Shown here: positions 44,860 to 55,344 of the stretch, one piece after another
How the letters are laid out: each line of letters begins with the position of its first letter
Position numbering within the stretch: the first letter of the stretch is position 1
Source of the DNA: an archaeon
Lineage (GTDB): Archaea > Aenigmatarchaeota > Aenigmatarchaeia > QMZP01 > JAFGSV01
Direction of reading: 5' to 3'
DNA length: 64,000 nucleotides
NCBI GenBank assembly: GCA_028279705.1
Contig: JANQNF010000024.1
Span: 48,257-112,256, forward strand
Notes under the pieces: model-generated
What the model was told of the DNA's origin: nothing
What the model saw: only the letters and a program-made list of their open reading frames with translations
The model's database searches: none
Program-made: the position numbers and the translations under genes

Positions 44860-47800
44860 GATAATACGTGTTACTGGTTCGGCAATTGAAGCCGAAGGCA
44901 TGCGCGGAAGCAGCATGTATGAGATGGTAAAGGTAGGAAATGAAGGCCTTCTTGGCGAGATAATAAGGCTTGAAGGTGACACGGCTTTCATACAGGTATA
45001 CGAAGAGACTACGGGTCTTACTCCGGGAGGTCCTGTAGAATGCACGGGAAAGCCGCTTTCAGTGGAACTCGGTCCAGGTGTTCTTAAGTCCATTTACGAT
45101 GGCATACAAAGACCGCTTGAGTCGATAAAGTCGGAGTGCGGCGAATACATACTGAGGGGAATATTCGTCCCATCCCTTGACAGGAAGGCGAAATGGAAGT
45201 TCACGCCTGTCGTCAAGAAGGGCGATTCCGTCAGGGCAGGAAGCGTCGTTGCCACGGTTCCCGAAACAGATGTCGTAACCCACAAGGTGATGGTACCATA
45301 CGGTGTCGAGGGAACGGTAGAAAGCGTTGAAAAAGGGGAGTTTACCGTCGATGACGTCGTCTACAAGATAAAGACAAAGGACGGTGTGAAGAAGTTTACG
45401 ATGGTCCAGACCTGGCCCATCAGAAAGCCAAGGCCTGTCACAGAAAAGCTTGCACCAGAAATCCCGCTTCTTACAGGGCAGCGGGTGTTTGATATGTTCT
45501 TCCCGCTTGCAAAAGGCGGCGCTGCCGCGATCCCTGGAGGCTTTGGGACAGGAAAATGTGTCAGTGGTGACACTCCTGTTGTCATGGGTGATGGAAGTAT
45601 AAAGAAGATGTGCGACGTGTTTGAAGAGAACAAGAGAAAGGGACTTTCGACGCGCGAAGGCGTTGAGGAGTATACACATCTGTCAAAACCCCTGAATGTC
45701 TTTTCGTGCAACAGCGGCCACGTGAAGAAGAAAAAGGCAACACTTGTCTACAAGGGAAAGACCAATTCTATGTGCAGAGTTAAGACGAGAATGGGACGGG
45801 TTGCCGAGGTGACACCGGTCCATAAACTATTCAAGATCAATCCGGATCTTTCCATAACAGGTACCGAAGCTGGAAAGCTTAAGAAGGGGGACTTCCTGAT
45901 ATCACCGAGGAGGATGAAGATCAAAGCAGAAATCCAGAAGATCAATGTCTTTGATCACTTTGATCATGAGAGGGTGTGTGATAAGGAAATAATTGACGAA
46001 ATCCCGGGTATTATCGACGGTTTTAGCTGTACAAGAAAGGAGCTTTCAGGAAGACTCGGGACCTCCTGCAGCACCATCAGTGGATACTACTCCAAGAGCA
46101 ACAGGCCGACTGTCGATTTCGTGAGGAAGCTTTACTCTCTTTCAAAGAAGAAAGTCAAAGTTTCAACAATAAAAAGCCAGAGATATGGAAAGAAGATTTC
46201 AGTACCTGACACGTTTTCTACGGAACTTGCAGAATTCATGGGACTTGTGATTGGCGATGGTTCCCTCAAGCCTGGGGGAATAGAGTTCTACAACAATGAC
46301 GAAAAGATGCTTGACAGGTTCGATGAGCTTGGTATGAAGCTTTTTGGCCTTACTTCCATAAGAAAGGTTGCAAACACAGTAAAGTGTTCGCACATGGGAA
46401 GTGTCGCCCTTGTCAGGTTCATGAACAGTCTTGGTATACCAAGGGTCAAGAAGTCCAGGACGTGCACTGTTCCAAAGATCCTAATGAAATCCAGTGACAG
46501 GCATGTTGCGGCCTTTTGTGGAGCCTACTTTTCATGCGATGGTCACGTCTCAAAGAGAGGATACGATCTTGAGATTGCAACCGCCAGCAGCGAATTCCAG
46601 ATAGGGTTCTCGTATCTTCTTCTGAGGCTAGGAATACTCCACAAGCTTTCCGAAAGGACGGGAGTAAATGGAAGGCCCCAGTACAGGATATTCGTTACAG
46701 GAAAGGACCAGATCGGCATTTTCTATGAAAAAAGTAATAATAATAGCGTCAAGTTCGAAAGAATCAGGGATTATCTTGAAAATGGCAGGTGTGCTTACAA
46801 TTCAACTGACGTGGTCCCTATAGGCAGCGATCTGGTTGAGGAGGTGTACGATTCTCTTGGCAGGCCCCATAACCGACTGAACTCCTACGGTGTCCACATA
46901 GACAACTATCTCGGCAACAAGGAAATGATGGGAAGGGGCGTGTTTTGCAAGTTTGCAAAAGCCAGCGGAAGAGAATCACTGATGAAGTTTGCAGACTGTA
47001 TGAGCGACATATACTGCGACAAGATCGTGGATGTGCAGACTATTGATAGTCCAAGGGACGTCTTTGATATAACTGTCCCGGATTTCCACAATTTCGTTGG
47101 AGGCTTCGGACCGATGTTTTTGCACAACACAGTATCACAGCAGAGCCTTGCGAAGTGGTCTGATGCAAACATCATAATCTATGTCGGATGCGGTGAGCGC
47201 GGAAACGAGATGACAGAGGTTCTTGACGAGTTCCCGCACCTGAAGGATCCTAAATCCGGACTTCCTCTCATGGAGAGGACGTGCATGATCGCGAATACGT
47301 CAAACATGCCTGTCGCTGCAAGGGAGGCGTCCATTTACACGGGAATAACGCTTGCAGAATACTACAGGGACATGGGATACGACGTTGCAATGATGGCGGA
47401 TTCGACATCCAGATGGGCAGAAGCCCTGAGGGAGATGTCAAGCAAGCTCGAAGAAATACCTGGTGAAGAAGGGTATCCTGCATACCTTGCGTCAAGGCTT
47501 GCAGACTTCTATGAGAGGGCAGGACGGGTAAAGGCGCTAAGCAGCGAGACCGGGAGCATCAGCATCATCGGTGCAGTGTCCCCTCCGGGCGGCGACTTCT
47601 CAGAGCCTGTCACGCAAAACACCCTGAAGATCACAAGGGTCTTCTGGGCGCTTGACACGACGCTTGCGGACAGGAGGCACTTCCCGTCCGTAAACTGGCT
47701 CACTTCGTATTCGCTTTACAGCGGAAAGCTTGACGCGTGGTTTTCCAAAAACGTTTCTCCTGAATGGGCAGCGCTTCGAAACAAGGCAATGGTAATACTC

Positions 47801-48151
47801 CAGAAGGAATCTGAGCTGAGGGAAATAGTCCAGCTTGTCGGCCCGGACGCACTTCCGCTTTCAGAAAGAGTGGTACTTGAGGTTGCAAGAATGGTCAGGG
47901 AGGACTTTTTGCAGCAGAACGCCTTCCACGAAGTGGATTCGTACTGCCCGCCAGAAAAGCAGTTCCGTATGCTTGAAATGATAATGGCATTCCACTCCTT
48001 TGCAGACGGCATGATAGCTTCCGGAAAGTCCATAGAAGATGTCCTGAATACGGACATCGCATCCGAGATGGGCAGGATGAAGTACATGAATGAGAATGAA
48101 TTCTCAAAGATGCACGAGTCGTCCATGAAGAAAATGAAGGCAGGTGTTTGA
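44852..48151 (+). CDS. atpA: A-type ATP synthase catalytic subunit A, interrupted by a 524-aa intein in the P-loop
   Basis: The extein GGFGTGK|TVSQQ reconstitutes the Walker A motif. The C-terminal half matches A-subunit blocks ([16 protein letters not shown]). Confidence 0.85.
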   Translation: MGKIIRVTGSAIEAEGMRGSSMYEMVKVGNEGLLGEIIRLEGDTAFIQVYEETTGLTPGGPVECTGKPLSVELGPGVLKSIYDGIQRPLESIKSECGEYILRGIFVPSLDRKAKWKFTPVVKKGDSVRAGSVVATVPETDVVTHKVMVPYGVEGTVESVEKGEFTVDDVVYKIKTKDGVKKFTMVQTWPIRKPRPVTEKLAPEIPLLTGQRVFDMFFPLAKGGAAAIPGGFGTGKCVSGDTPVVMGDGSIKKMCDVFEENKRKGLSTREGVEEYTHLSKPLNVFSCNSGHVKKKKATLVYKGKTNSMCRVKTRMGRVAEVTPVHKLFKINPDLSITGTEAGKLKKGDFLISPRRMKIKAEIQKINVFDHFDHERVCDKEIIDEIPGIIDGFSCTRKELSGRLGTSCSTISGYYSKSNRPTVDFVRKLYSLSKKKVKVSTIKSQRYGKKISVPDTFSTELAEFMGLVIGDGSLKPGGIEFYNNDEKMLDRFDELGMKLFGLTSIRKVANTVKCSHMGSVALVRFMNSLGIPRVKKSRTCTVPKILMKSSDRHVAAFCGAYFSCDGHVSKRGYDLEIATASSEFQIGFSYLLLRLGILHKLSERTGVNGRPQYRIFVTGKDQIGIFYEKSNNNSVKFERIRDYLENGRCAYNSTDVVPIGSDLVEEVYDSLGRPHNRLNSYGVHIDNYLGNKEMMGRGVFCKFAKASGRESLMKFADCMSDIYCDKIVDVQTIDSPRDVFDITVPDFHNFVGGFGPMFLHNTVSQQSLAKWSDANIIIYVGCGERGNEMTEVLDEFPHLKDPKSGLPLMERTCMIANTSNMPVAAREASIYTGITLAEYYRDMGYDVAMMADSTSRWAEALREMSSKLEEIPGEEGYPAYLASRLADFYERAGRVKALSSETGSISIIGAVSPPGGDFSEPVTQNTLKITRVFWALDTTLADRRHFPSVNWLTSYSLYSGKLDAWFSKNVSPEWAALRNKAMVILQKESELREIVQLVGPDALPLSERVVLEVARMVREDFLQQNAFHEVDSYCPPEKQFRMLEMIMAFHSFADGMIASGKSIEDVLNTDIASEMGRMKYMNENEFSKMHESSMKKMKAGV
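45557..47128 (+). mobile_element. Full-size intein with LAGLIDADG homing-endonuclease domain, in the atpA P-loop
   Basis: Starts at Cys1 (CVSGDTPVV). Two LAGLIDADG motifs ([27 protein letters not shown]). Ends ...FLHN followed by Thr+1. In frame with the exteins. Confidence 0.8.
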
Positions 48152-49530
48152 TTATGGCAGTAAAAGAGTACAAGTCCGTTGAGAGGGTCTTTGGACCGCT
48201 CATAATCGTTGACAAGGTATCAGGTGTCAGCTACAACGAGATGGTCGAGATAAAGACTGCGACCGGCGAAAAGAGGTTCGGCCAGGTGCTTGACGCGATG
48301 AAAGACAAGGCGGTCGTCCAGCTTTTCGAAGGGACTTCAAACCTTGACACAAGGGACACGAGCGTAAAGTTTCGTGGCGAGAGCATGAGGCTTGACGTTG
48401 GCGTTGGAATGCTTGGACGCGTATTCAGCGGTGCTGGAAGGCCGATAGACAACCTCGGCGACCTTGTCCCAGAAGACCGCCTGGACGTAAACGGATTTCC
48501 AATAAATCCCGCTTCGAGGGAGTTTCCAAAAGAATTCATCCAGACAGGCGTTTCTGCAATAGATGGCATGAACACGCTTGTCAGGGGACAAAAGCTTCCC
48601 ATATTTTCTGCTGCAGGCCTTCCGCACAACCAGCTTGCTGCACAGATTGCAAGGCAGGCGACCGTCCTCAAGGGCAAGAGCAATTTCGCAGTGGTCTTTG
48701 CTGCTATCGGCATAACTGCAGAGGAGGCAAGGTTTTTCAGGGAGAGCTTTGAAGAAAGCGGTTCCATGGAAAGGATCGTAACGTTCTTAAACCTTGCAGA
48801 CGACCCGACGATCGAGAGGATAATAACCCCAAGAGCAGCCCTTACGACAGCGGAGTTTCTCGCGTTCAAGCACGGCATGCACGTCCTTGTAATAATGACT
48901 GACATGACAAACTACTGCGAGGCCCTAAGAGAGGTGTCTGCTGCAAGAGAAGAGATTCCCGGAAGGAGGGGATATCCCGGTTACATGTACACCGATCTTT
49001 CAATGAATTACGAGAGGGCTGGGAGGATAAAGGGAAAGAAGGGGAGCATCACGCAGCTTCCGATCCTTACGATGCCCTCAGACGACATAACCCATCCCGT
49101 TCCAGACCTTACAGGATACATCACCGAAGGGCAGATCGTGCTTTCAAGGGAACTGCACAGGAAAGGTGTATTCCCTCCAATAGACGTTCTTCCGTCCCTT
49201 TCAAGGCTCATGCAGCAGGGAATAGGTGCCGACAGGACAAGAGGCGATCATTCAGGAGTTTCAAACCAACTCTACTCAAGCTATGCCGAAGGAAGGGACC
49301 TAAGAGACCTTGTCGCAGTCGTTGGCGAGGAGGCCCTCGGGGAGCGTGAGAAGAGCTTCATAGAGTTCTCTGACAGGTTCGAGGGAGAGTTCACAAACCA
49401 GGGGCCGAAGGAAAACAGGACAATAGACGACACGCTTTCAGTTGCCTGGGACATAATGGCTTCCCTTTCGAAAAAAGACCTCAAGAGGATAGACCCCGAG
49501 TTCGTCGAGAAGTTTCTCAAGAAGGACTAG
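48148..49530 (+). CDS. atpB: A-type ATP synthase subunit B
   Basis: Non-catalytic B-subunit blocks ([26 protein letters not shown]). Confidence 0.85.
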   Translation: MIMAVKEYKSVERVFGPLIIVDKVSGVSYNEMVEIKTATGEKRFGQVLDAMKDKAVVQLFEGTSNLDTRDTSVKFRGESMRLDVGVGMLGRVFSGAGRPIDNLGDLVPEDRLDVNGFPINPASREFPKEFIQTGVSAIDGMNTLVRGQKLPIFSAAGLPHNQLAAQIARQATVLKGKSNFAVVFAAIGITAEEARFFRESFEESGSMERIVTFLNLADDPTIERIITPRAALTTAEFLAFKHGMHVLVIMTDMTNYCEALREVSAAREEIPGRRGYPGYMYTDLSMNYERAGRIKGKKGSITQLPILTMPSDDITHPVPDLTGYITEGQIVLSRELHRKGVFPPIDVLPSLSRLMQQGIGADRTRGDHSGVSNQLYSSYAEGRDLRDLVAVVGEEALGEREKSFIEFSDRFEGEFTNQGPKENRTIDDTLSVAWDIMASLSKKDLKRIDPEFVEKFLKKD

Positions 49531-49533
49531 ATT

Positions 49534-50154
49534 ATGCCAAAATTAATAGAAGGCGTTCATCCGACAAGGATGAACATGCTGAAGCTGAAGAAGAGGATAA
49601 CGCTTGCAACGAGGGGTCACCAGCTCCTAAGCGAGAAACTCGACACGCTTATGTCTGAATTCTTTGAAGTCCTTGAAAAAGCAAGGGGGATTCGGGAAGA
49701 ACTTGCCGTCTCTCTTGAAGCCGGCAGGAAGAACCTTGCAATGGCTGCCGCACTCTCGCCTTTTGGGGAGGTTGAAGCGGCAGCGTCCTCTGCGGGCCCA
49801 ATAAGCGGCGTAGAACTTGAGATGAGGAACCTGATGGGTGTTCGGATACCAAAGCTGAAAGTCCCCGAAAACGAGCGGAAAATGGACTACAGCTTCGGGC
49901 TTTCCTCGTCAAAGCTCGATGATGCGGCAGTAAACTTCTCCGATGCACTGAAAAAACTCCTTGTTTTGATAGAAAGCGAGGAGTCTCTTCGAAGGATCGG
50001 TGAAGAGGTTGCAAAGATAAAAAGAAGGACAAATGCCCTTGAGTACATACTCATCCCAAACCTCAAGCATACCAATGCCTACATACGCTTCATGCTCGAG
50101 GAACTCGAGCGTGAAAACTTTTTTAGGCTCAAAATCATAAAAAGAAAAAGATAG
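49534..50154 (+). CDS. atpD: A-type ATP synthase subunit D
   Basis: About 200-aa coiled-coil central-stalk protein directly after atpB. Confidence 0.7.
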   Translation: MPKLIEGVHPTRMNMLKLKKRITLATRGHQLLSEKLDTLMSEFFEVLEKARGIREELAVSLEAGRKNLAMAAALSPFGEVEAAASSAGPISGVELEMRNLMGVRIPKLKVPENERKMDYSFGLSSSKLDDAAVNFSDALKKLLVLIESEESLRRIGEEVAKIKRRTNALEYILIPNLKHTNAYIRFMLEELERENFFRLKIIKRKR

Positions 50155-50165
50155 GTCGTGAATGC

Positions 50166-50459
50166 ATGATTGCAAGCCGCTGGATAATTGAAAAGATCAT
50201 AAGATTCCTAAAAGACGAGAAGCGGAAGGAAAAAAGAAAGGAAATGGACACGCTTTTTGGCAGGTATTCAGACGACTCGGACCTGCAAAAAATAAAAAAA
50301 GACATAGATTCCTACTTCAAGAAGCCAACGGAAAAGTCGCTAAACGCGATCATGAAAAAGCTTGAGAATCTCGTCCGCACAAGAAAGATAGAGTCTTCAG
50401 GCGGTACGAGGCTTTGGTTTGGCGACAGAAGGAGAGGTCCTGGGAAAAAGATGAGGTAG
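50166..50459 (+). CDS. small basic hypothetical protein
   Basis: 97-aa Lys/Arg-rich ORF. Weak support. Confidence 0.25.
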   Translation: MIASRWIIEKIIRFLKDEKRKEKRKEMDTLFGRYSDDSDLQKIKKDIDSYFKKPTEKSLNAIMKKLENLVRTRKIESSGGTRLWFGDRRRGPGKKMR

Positions 50460-50463
50460 GACT

Positions 50464-50853
50464 TTACTTCTTAGCTTCGAGAAGCACGGCGTTTGCAATT
50501 CCCTGCTGACCGGGCCTTGACGTAATCCTTGCAAGTCCGGCTTCAGTCTCAACGACAGCACCCTTTGTTACAATGTTTCTTCTTATGAAGTGAGGGTTTG
50601 CTTTGTTCTCCTTTACGGAGATGAGTTTGGACCTGCTGATTTTTCCGGTCTTTGGGTCTGCCACGTTTATCATCTCTACAGAAGAAAGCTTGAGCTTGAC
50701 GGAGCCGCCTTCGGCTCTCTTCTTTGCGACCTGCCTTTTTCCTATCTTGGTTTCTATCGGCAGGTTACCCCTGTCGTTTCGCCTCTTCTTCCTCACCCTC
50801 TGAAGTCTTCCCCCAGTGGGCTTCCTTTTTGATCTCAGATGCCAGAGTACCAT
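50464..50853 (-). CDS. rps8e: 30S ribosomal protein S8e
   Basis: N-terminus GRSKRKPTGGR and C-terminus TSRPGQQGIANAVLLE match S8e. Confidence 0.8.
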   Translation of the reverse strand: MVLWHLRSKRKPTGGRLQRVRKKRRNDRGNLPIETKIGKRQVAKKRAEGGSVKLKLSSVEMINVADPKTGKISRSKLISVKENKANPHFIRRNIVTKGAVVETEAGLARITSRPGQQGIANAVLLEAKK

Positions 50854-50959
50854 GAAATCACTTATCTAATATAGAACGATATCTTTATATATATTTTATG
50901 GAAAATAATATAGACCAAGCGACACCGACCTCGCTTGATTTTAAAGGAAAGGTGATTAA

Positions 50960-51178
50960 ATGCAAAGACCACTGGATGTCCTTGGAAGTTCACAGGACAA
51001 GAAGGTAATCATACAGCTGAAGTCAGCTTCAAAGATCACAGGTACGCTGAGAGCATTCGATTCTCACATAAACCTGTGGCTTGACGACGCCAGCTTGGAC
51101 GAAAAGGAAAGCACAACGAAGCTTGGCAAGGTTCTTGTCAGGGGCGACAACATCGTGCTTATTTCCCCGGAAAAGTAA
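50960..51178 (+). CDS. Sm-like archaeal protein (SmAP/LSm)
   Basis: Sm1/Sm2 pattern (VIIQLKSASKITGTLRAFDSHINLWL...LVRGDNIVLI). Confidence 0.8.
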   Translation: MQRPLDVLGSSQDKKVIIQLKSASKITGTLRAFDSHINLWLDDASLDEKESTTKLGKVLVRGDNIVLISPEK

Positions 51179-51193
51179 AGGGAGCCGTGAATT

Positions 51194-51382
51194 ATGGTAA
51201 AAGGAACACCGTCTTTTGGTAAGAGGAACAAGAGGAGTCACATAGCTTGCAGGCGATGCGGAAAAAAGAGCTACCACGTCAAGCACAACGAATGCGCTGC
51301 CTGCGGATACGGTAAAAGCAGCAAGCTCAAGAAGTTCTCGTGGCAGTGGAAGACCCTCATAAGCAAGCGAAGGACGAAGTGA
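51194..51382 (+). CDS. rpl37e: 50S ribosomal protein L37e
   Basis: C4 zinc ribbon CRRCG...CAACGY typical of L37e. Sm and L37e adjacent to each other is a conserved archaeal arrangement. Confidence 0.85.
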   Translation: MVKGTPSFGKRNKRSHIACRRCGKKSYHVKHNECAACGYGKSSKLKKFSWQWKTLISKRRTK

Positions 51383-51432
51383 GAAACTCCCAGAAATTTT
51401 ATTAATGTTACCCTGTCATTATATTCATCGAT

Positions 51433-51529
51433 GGGCCTGTAGCTCAGTCTGGTTAGAGCACCCGGCTCTTAGGGGTCACTTGACCACGGAGAAACCGGGG
51501 CGTCGCGGGTTCGAATCCCTCCAGGCCCA
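51433..51529 (+). tRNA. tRNA-Lys (CUU) with 22-nt intron at the canonical 37/38 position
   Basis: GGGCCTG-TA-GCTC-AGTCTGGTTA-GAGC-A-CCCGG-CTCTTA[22 nt]A-CCGGG-GCGTC-GCGGG-TTCGAAT-CCCTC-CAGGCCC-A. Confidence 0.7.
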
Positions 51530-51595
51530 TTTCATTTTCTAAAGTTTTCCCACAGAAGACCGAAGGGTTTTTATTACTTTCTTTCAAGAATCAAT

Positions 51596-52693
51596 ATGTC
51601 AAAAAATCCTTTCATTTTAGCAGTCCCAGATTATTCAAATATGGATTCCATAGGGAGGGGGAAATATCTTGGTGACATGATTCACCAAAAGCTAGAGAGA
51701 TACGCGTCTTTTGATAAAGTTTACATACAGGCAGAACCATTTGCTGACGGATCAGAAAAAGTGGAGACACAAGAAAACGTCAGAAGAAGTGAGATATATT
51801 TGGTAAGCCCTATGCACACCAATGGTTCTCAACACGTGATGATCAATTCTGAAATGTTAACTGAATTGAAAAGATCGAGGTCTTCTGCGATAACACTATT
51901 AGAAACTTACAATCCCTATTTCAGTCAGGATAAGAGGAAAACCAGGGAGCCGGTGACCGCAAGAGACGTCTTGGACACTTATGAAGAAAAAGGATCAGAC
52001 TATATATTGACATTTGATCCACACTCGGAAACACTTGTCATGGCTTCAAGTCATAATTGCCCGTTAGAGGCCCTTCCACTATCTGGTAATTTAGCTGTTG
52101 CTTTCAGAAAATTATACGAATTGGATAACTGTGTCGTCGCGAGTCCAGATGTTGGCGGTTATCCCAGAGCCGAGCTCTTTGCAAACCTTCTAGGACTCCC
52201 ATTGATAGGTGTGAGAAAAGTGAGGTATGGTAAGGACAAGACGAAAGCCCTGGAGATAATAGGTGACATAAAGCAGCATGTCGAAGGCAAGGATATAATA
52301 TTCAGAGATGATGTACTGAGGACTGCTGGAAGTCTTGAAACTGCAGCGCAGCTTGTGAAAAAATACGGTGCTAAATCAGTACGTGCATGTTTAACACATT
52401 TCGACCCATCGGGTGAGGCGTACAAAAGATTGTATGATAATGACATAGGCATTTTAGTCACCAATACAGTACCGCCCATCAAAAAACCAGCCGTTAAAGC
52501 TCACAAAAATTTTGCCGAACAAAACATCAAAGTTCTGGACATTTCCGATACAGCGGCACAGATTATTGCAAAAGAATCGTCCGGAGGGTCACTGCGCGGA
52601 TTCTTTGACGAAAGCTTCAATCAAATAGGTAACGGTATGGATCCCGAAAATATAGAAATCAAATTCATACAAGAAGAATTGGCAGCTCAATAA
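51596..52693 (+). CDS. prs: ribose-phosphate pyrophosphokinase (PRPP synthetase)-like protein; noticeably lower GC than its neighbours
   Basis: FDPHSE block and PRPP-binding loop IIFRDDVLRTAGSL...THFDPSGEA. A/T-rich codon usage (tta, aga, aaa) unlike the flanking genes. Confidence 0.55.
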   Translation: MSKNPFILAVPDYSNMDSIGRGKYLGDMIHQKLERYASFDKVYIQAEPFADGSEKVETQENVRRSEIYLVSPMHTNGSQHVMINSEMLTELKRSRSSAITLLETYNPYFSQDKRKTREPVTARDVLDTYEEKGSDYILTFDPHSETLVMASSHNCPLEALPLSGNLAVAFRKLYELDNCVVASPDVGGYPRAELFANLLGLPLIGVRKVRYGKDKTKALEIIGDIKQHVEGKDIIFRDDVLRTAGSLETAAQLVKKYGAKSVRACLTHFDPSGEAYKRLYDNDIGILVTNTVPPIKKPAVKAHKNFAEQNIKVLDISDTAAQIIAKESSGGSLRGFFDESFNQIGNGMDPENIEIKFIQEELAAQ

Positions 52694-52725
52694 AACAAAT
52701 AAATCAACGTTCTCCAATTATAACC

Positions 52726-54582
52726 ATGAAACTAGACTACTCCAAGCTCGGTCTGAAATGCGGCATAGAGATACACCAACAGCTTGATACTGTCAACAAG
52801 CTGTTCTGCCAATGCCCTGCGCGCTTTTCCGAAAAAGACCACTGCTGTGAGGTCACTAGGAAGCTTGGCGCTGTTGCGGGCGAGTCTGGAAAGATAGATG
52901 CTGCGGCCATGCACGAGATGATGAGGGACCGGACGTTTCTTTACAGGGTTTACGGCGACGAGAACTGCCTTGTGGAAACCGACAGTGAGCCTCCTCATGC
53001 ACTCAACATGGAGGCGCTTGTGACTTCTCTTAAGGTTTCTCTTATGCTCAACTGCGAGATACCAGACGAGGTTCACGTCATGAGAAAGACCGTGATAGAC
53101 GGCTCAAATACCGGGGGATTCCAGCGGACCATGATATCCGGCCTGAACGGCAAGCTGAAAGTTGGATGCTGCGAGGTGGGCATAACAAACGTCTGCATTG
53201 AGGAGGATTCTGCGCAGATAATCGAGAAGGGCAGCGATGCCGTGGTCTATGGTCTCGACAGGCTCGGGATACCTCTAATAGAGATAGGGACGACCCCTGA
53301 CATACACACGCCAGAAGACGTCAGGGCAGTTGCCGAGAAGATAGGAATGCTTCTTCGGTCCACAGGAAACGTCAAGAGGGGACTTGGCAGCATCAGGCAG
53401 GATGTCAACGTCTCCATATCAGATGGTGCAAGAATCGAGATAAAGGGAGCTCAGGAACTGAAGCTCATACCGGAACTCGTCGAAAACGAGGTCCAGAGGC
53501 AGGTAAGCATCCTAGAGATAGGAAAGGAGTTGAAGAAGAAGGGCTTTTCCAAGGTCCATTCCGGTGTAAAGGACGTGACGCAGGTTTTTGCAAAGACCGA
53601 GAGCAAGATAATGAAGGGAAAGAATGTATTCGCGATAATAGTTCCGGGTTTTGCCGGAATGCTTGCACGAAATGTTACCAAGACCCGGACACTTGGAAAT
53701 GAGATAGCAGGCTACGTGAAAGTGAGGGCTGGTATAAAGGGTATAATCCATTCCGATGAGAACCTGCAAAAGTACAAGCTTGACCGCGAGTTTTCGGACA
53801 TAGGAAAGAAGTTCGGTGCAAAGGTTGGGGACACGATCATAATAATGGCTTCAGGAAATGAGCTTGCGGAGAAGACCGCGGCAGCGTTTGAAGAGAGGAT
53901 AAACCAGTTCATGGACGGAGTACCGACTGAGGTGAGGAAGGCCCTGGACAATGGCGATACGGCCTACATGAGGCCAATGGCAGGAGCTGCGAGGATGTAC
54001 CCTGAAACCGACGTGTCCCCGATTCCCATTACCGGGGAGATGATGGACGAGTTAGGCAAAAACCTCCCTGAGACGTGGGAGAAGAGGATAAAGAGGATAA
54101 CAAAGTCCTATGGCATATCAGAAGAGCTTTCAAAGCAGCTGGTGCAGTCGGGAGATGACGAGCTGTTTGAGAAGCTTTCCAAAAAGTCCGACCCGAAGCT
54201 TGTGTCAAGCGTGCTGCTTTCGACCATGAAGGAGATCAGCAGGGAAGGCCTTGACGTTTCCGCAGTCACGGAGAAGCACCTTGTCGACGTCTTTGACATG
54301 GTGTCGAAAAAGCAGGTTGCAAAAGAGGCGGTCCCTGAGATACTGCGCTGTGTTGCAAAAAGTATGGGTAAGAGCGTCAGCGAAGTTGCAGGGACAGTCA
54401 AGACGGTCGATACTACCGAGCTTGAAAGAATCATATCAGGGATAATCGAGGGGAAGAAGGACCTTTTAGGCCATCCCAGAAGGGAACAGGTTCTCATGGG
54501 GCTTGTGATGAAGGAAGTCAGGGGATCTGTTGACGGAAAGACGGTCATGGACACGCTTGTCAAGGTCCTTAAGAAATACTGA
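52726..54582 (+). CDS. gatE: Glu-tRNA(Gln) amidotransferase subunit E
   Basis: N-terminus DYSKLGLKCGIEIHQQL...LFCQC and overall length of about 620 aa. Confidence 0.8.
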   Translation: MKLDYSKLGLKCGIEIHQQLDTVNKLFCQCPARFSEKDHCCEVTRKLGAVAGESGKIDAAAMHEMMRDRTFLYRVYGDENCLVETDSEPPHALNMEALVTSLKVSLMLNCEIPDEVHVMRKTVIDGSNTGGFQRTMISGLNGKLKVGCCEVGITNVCIEEDSAQIIEKGSDAVVYGLDRLGIPLIEIGTTPDIHTPEDVRAVAEKIGMLLRSTGNVKRGLGSIRQDVNVSISDGARIEIKGAQELKLIPELVENEVQRQVSILEIGKELKKKGFSKVHSGVKDVTQVFAKTESKIMKGKNVFAIIVPGFAGMLARNVTKTRTLGNEIAGYVKVRAGIKGIIHSDENLQKYKLDREFSDIGKKFGAKVGDTIIIMASGNELAEKTAAAFEERINQFMDGVPTEVRKALDNGDTAYMRPMAGAARMYPETDVSPIPITGEMMDELGKNLPETWEKRIKRITKSYGISEELSKQLVQSGDDELFEKLSKKSDPKLVSSVLLSTMKEISREGLDVSAVTEKHLVDVFDMVSKKQVAKEAVPEILRCVAKSMGKSVSEVAGTVKTVDTTELERIISGIIEGKKDLLGHPRREQVLMGLVMKEVRGSVDGKTVMDTLVKVLKKY

Positions 54583-54586
54583 TACT

Positions 54587-55027
54587 ATGGTACGCATCGC
54601 AATATGCGGGGCAGGAAACAGGAACCGCGGCGACGAGGGAATAGGTTCAGAGTCGCTTAAGGACATACAGAACGAATTATCAGGGGACAATTTCCTTTTC
54701 ATAGACTGCGGCAGGTCCCCGCAGGATTTCACGAAAGACGTCCTTGATTTCAAGCCTGACAAGGTCGTGGTAATCGCAGCTCTTGACATGCACAGGGGTT
54801 CTGGGATCGTGGAGAGTCTGAGTGCCGATGAAGCCAGGGATATGCTACATGAAGACGGCCAGGTCGACCTTGAGATGTTCCTTGGATATCTGCAGAATGC
54901 ACTTGAGGGAGAAGTTGTGTTCATAGGCTTCCAGCCATGGTCGAGGAAGGATGGGCACGGTCTCAGTGCCGAGGCCAGGAACGCTCTTGTTATAATCCGC
55001 GGAGCCGTCATGGAAATCGTCGGATGA
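54587..55027 (+). CDS. hydrogenase-maturation-protease (HycI/FrhD, peptidase A31)-like protein
   Basis: ICGAGNRNRGDEGIG resembles the GxGNxxxxDDGxG motif, and FIDCG resembles the IDAG block. Confidence 0.5.
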   Translation: MVRIAICGAGNRNRGDEGIGSESLKDIQNELSGDNFLFIDCGRSPQDFTKDVLDFKPDKVVVIAALDMHRGSGIVESLSADEARDMLHEDGQVDLEMFLGYLQNALEGEVVFIGFQPWSRKDGHGLSAEARNALVIIRGAVMEIVG

Positions 55028-55087
55028 ATCCGTACACAGGAAGGCTTATAAAGCTCTCTGTCAAGAAATAATCGTAACGATTCTGTG

Positions 55088-55258
55088 ATGATCATGACTT
55101 TGGACAAAATAGAGGAGATAAAGTGCAACTGCACTATCTGCGGATCAAGGTTCAGGGTAAAGATCGACAGGCTTGGAAACGTCAATCCGTTTGCCAAGTA
55201 CTGCGCGTTCTGCAGGTCGCTTCTTGAAGAGGTCGAAGAGTTCGAATACAAGAAGTAG
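55088..55258 (+). CDS. small zinc-ribbon protein (56 aa), not in the ORF track
   Basis: MIMTLDKIEEIKCNCTICGSRF...AKYCAFCRSLL, two CxxC pairs. Confidence 0.35.
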   Translation: MIMTLDKIEEIKCNCTICGSRFRVKIDRLGNVNPFAKYCAFCRSLLEEVEEFEYKK

Positions 55259-55344
55259 GTCGCTTACATGCACACATCCGGTGCCCGGTGCTTTCAGCAT
55301 TACTGCTTGGCTCAGTTTAAAAAGTTTAGGGTTATCCACTAATC

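Noticed and set aside
54466-55251. 261-aa ORF antisense to the GatE 3' end and the HycI-like gene
   Set aside because: Overlaps two supported plus-strand genes and has no recognisable features.
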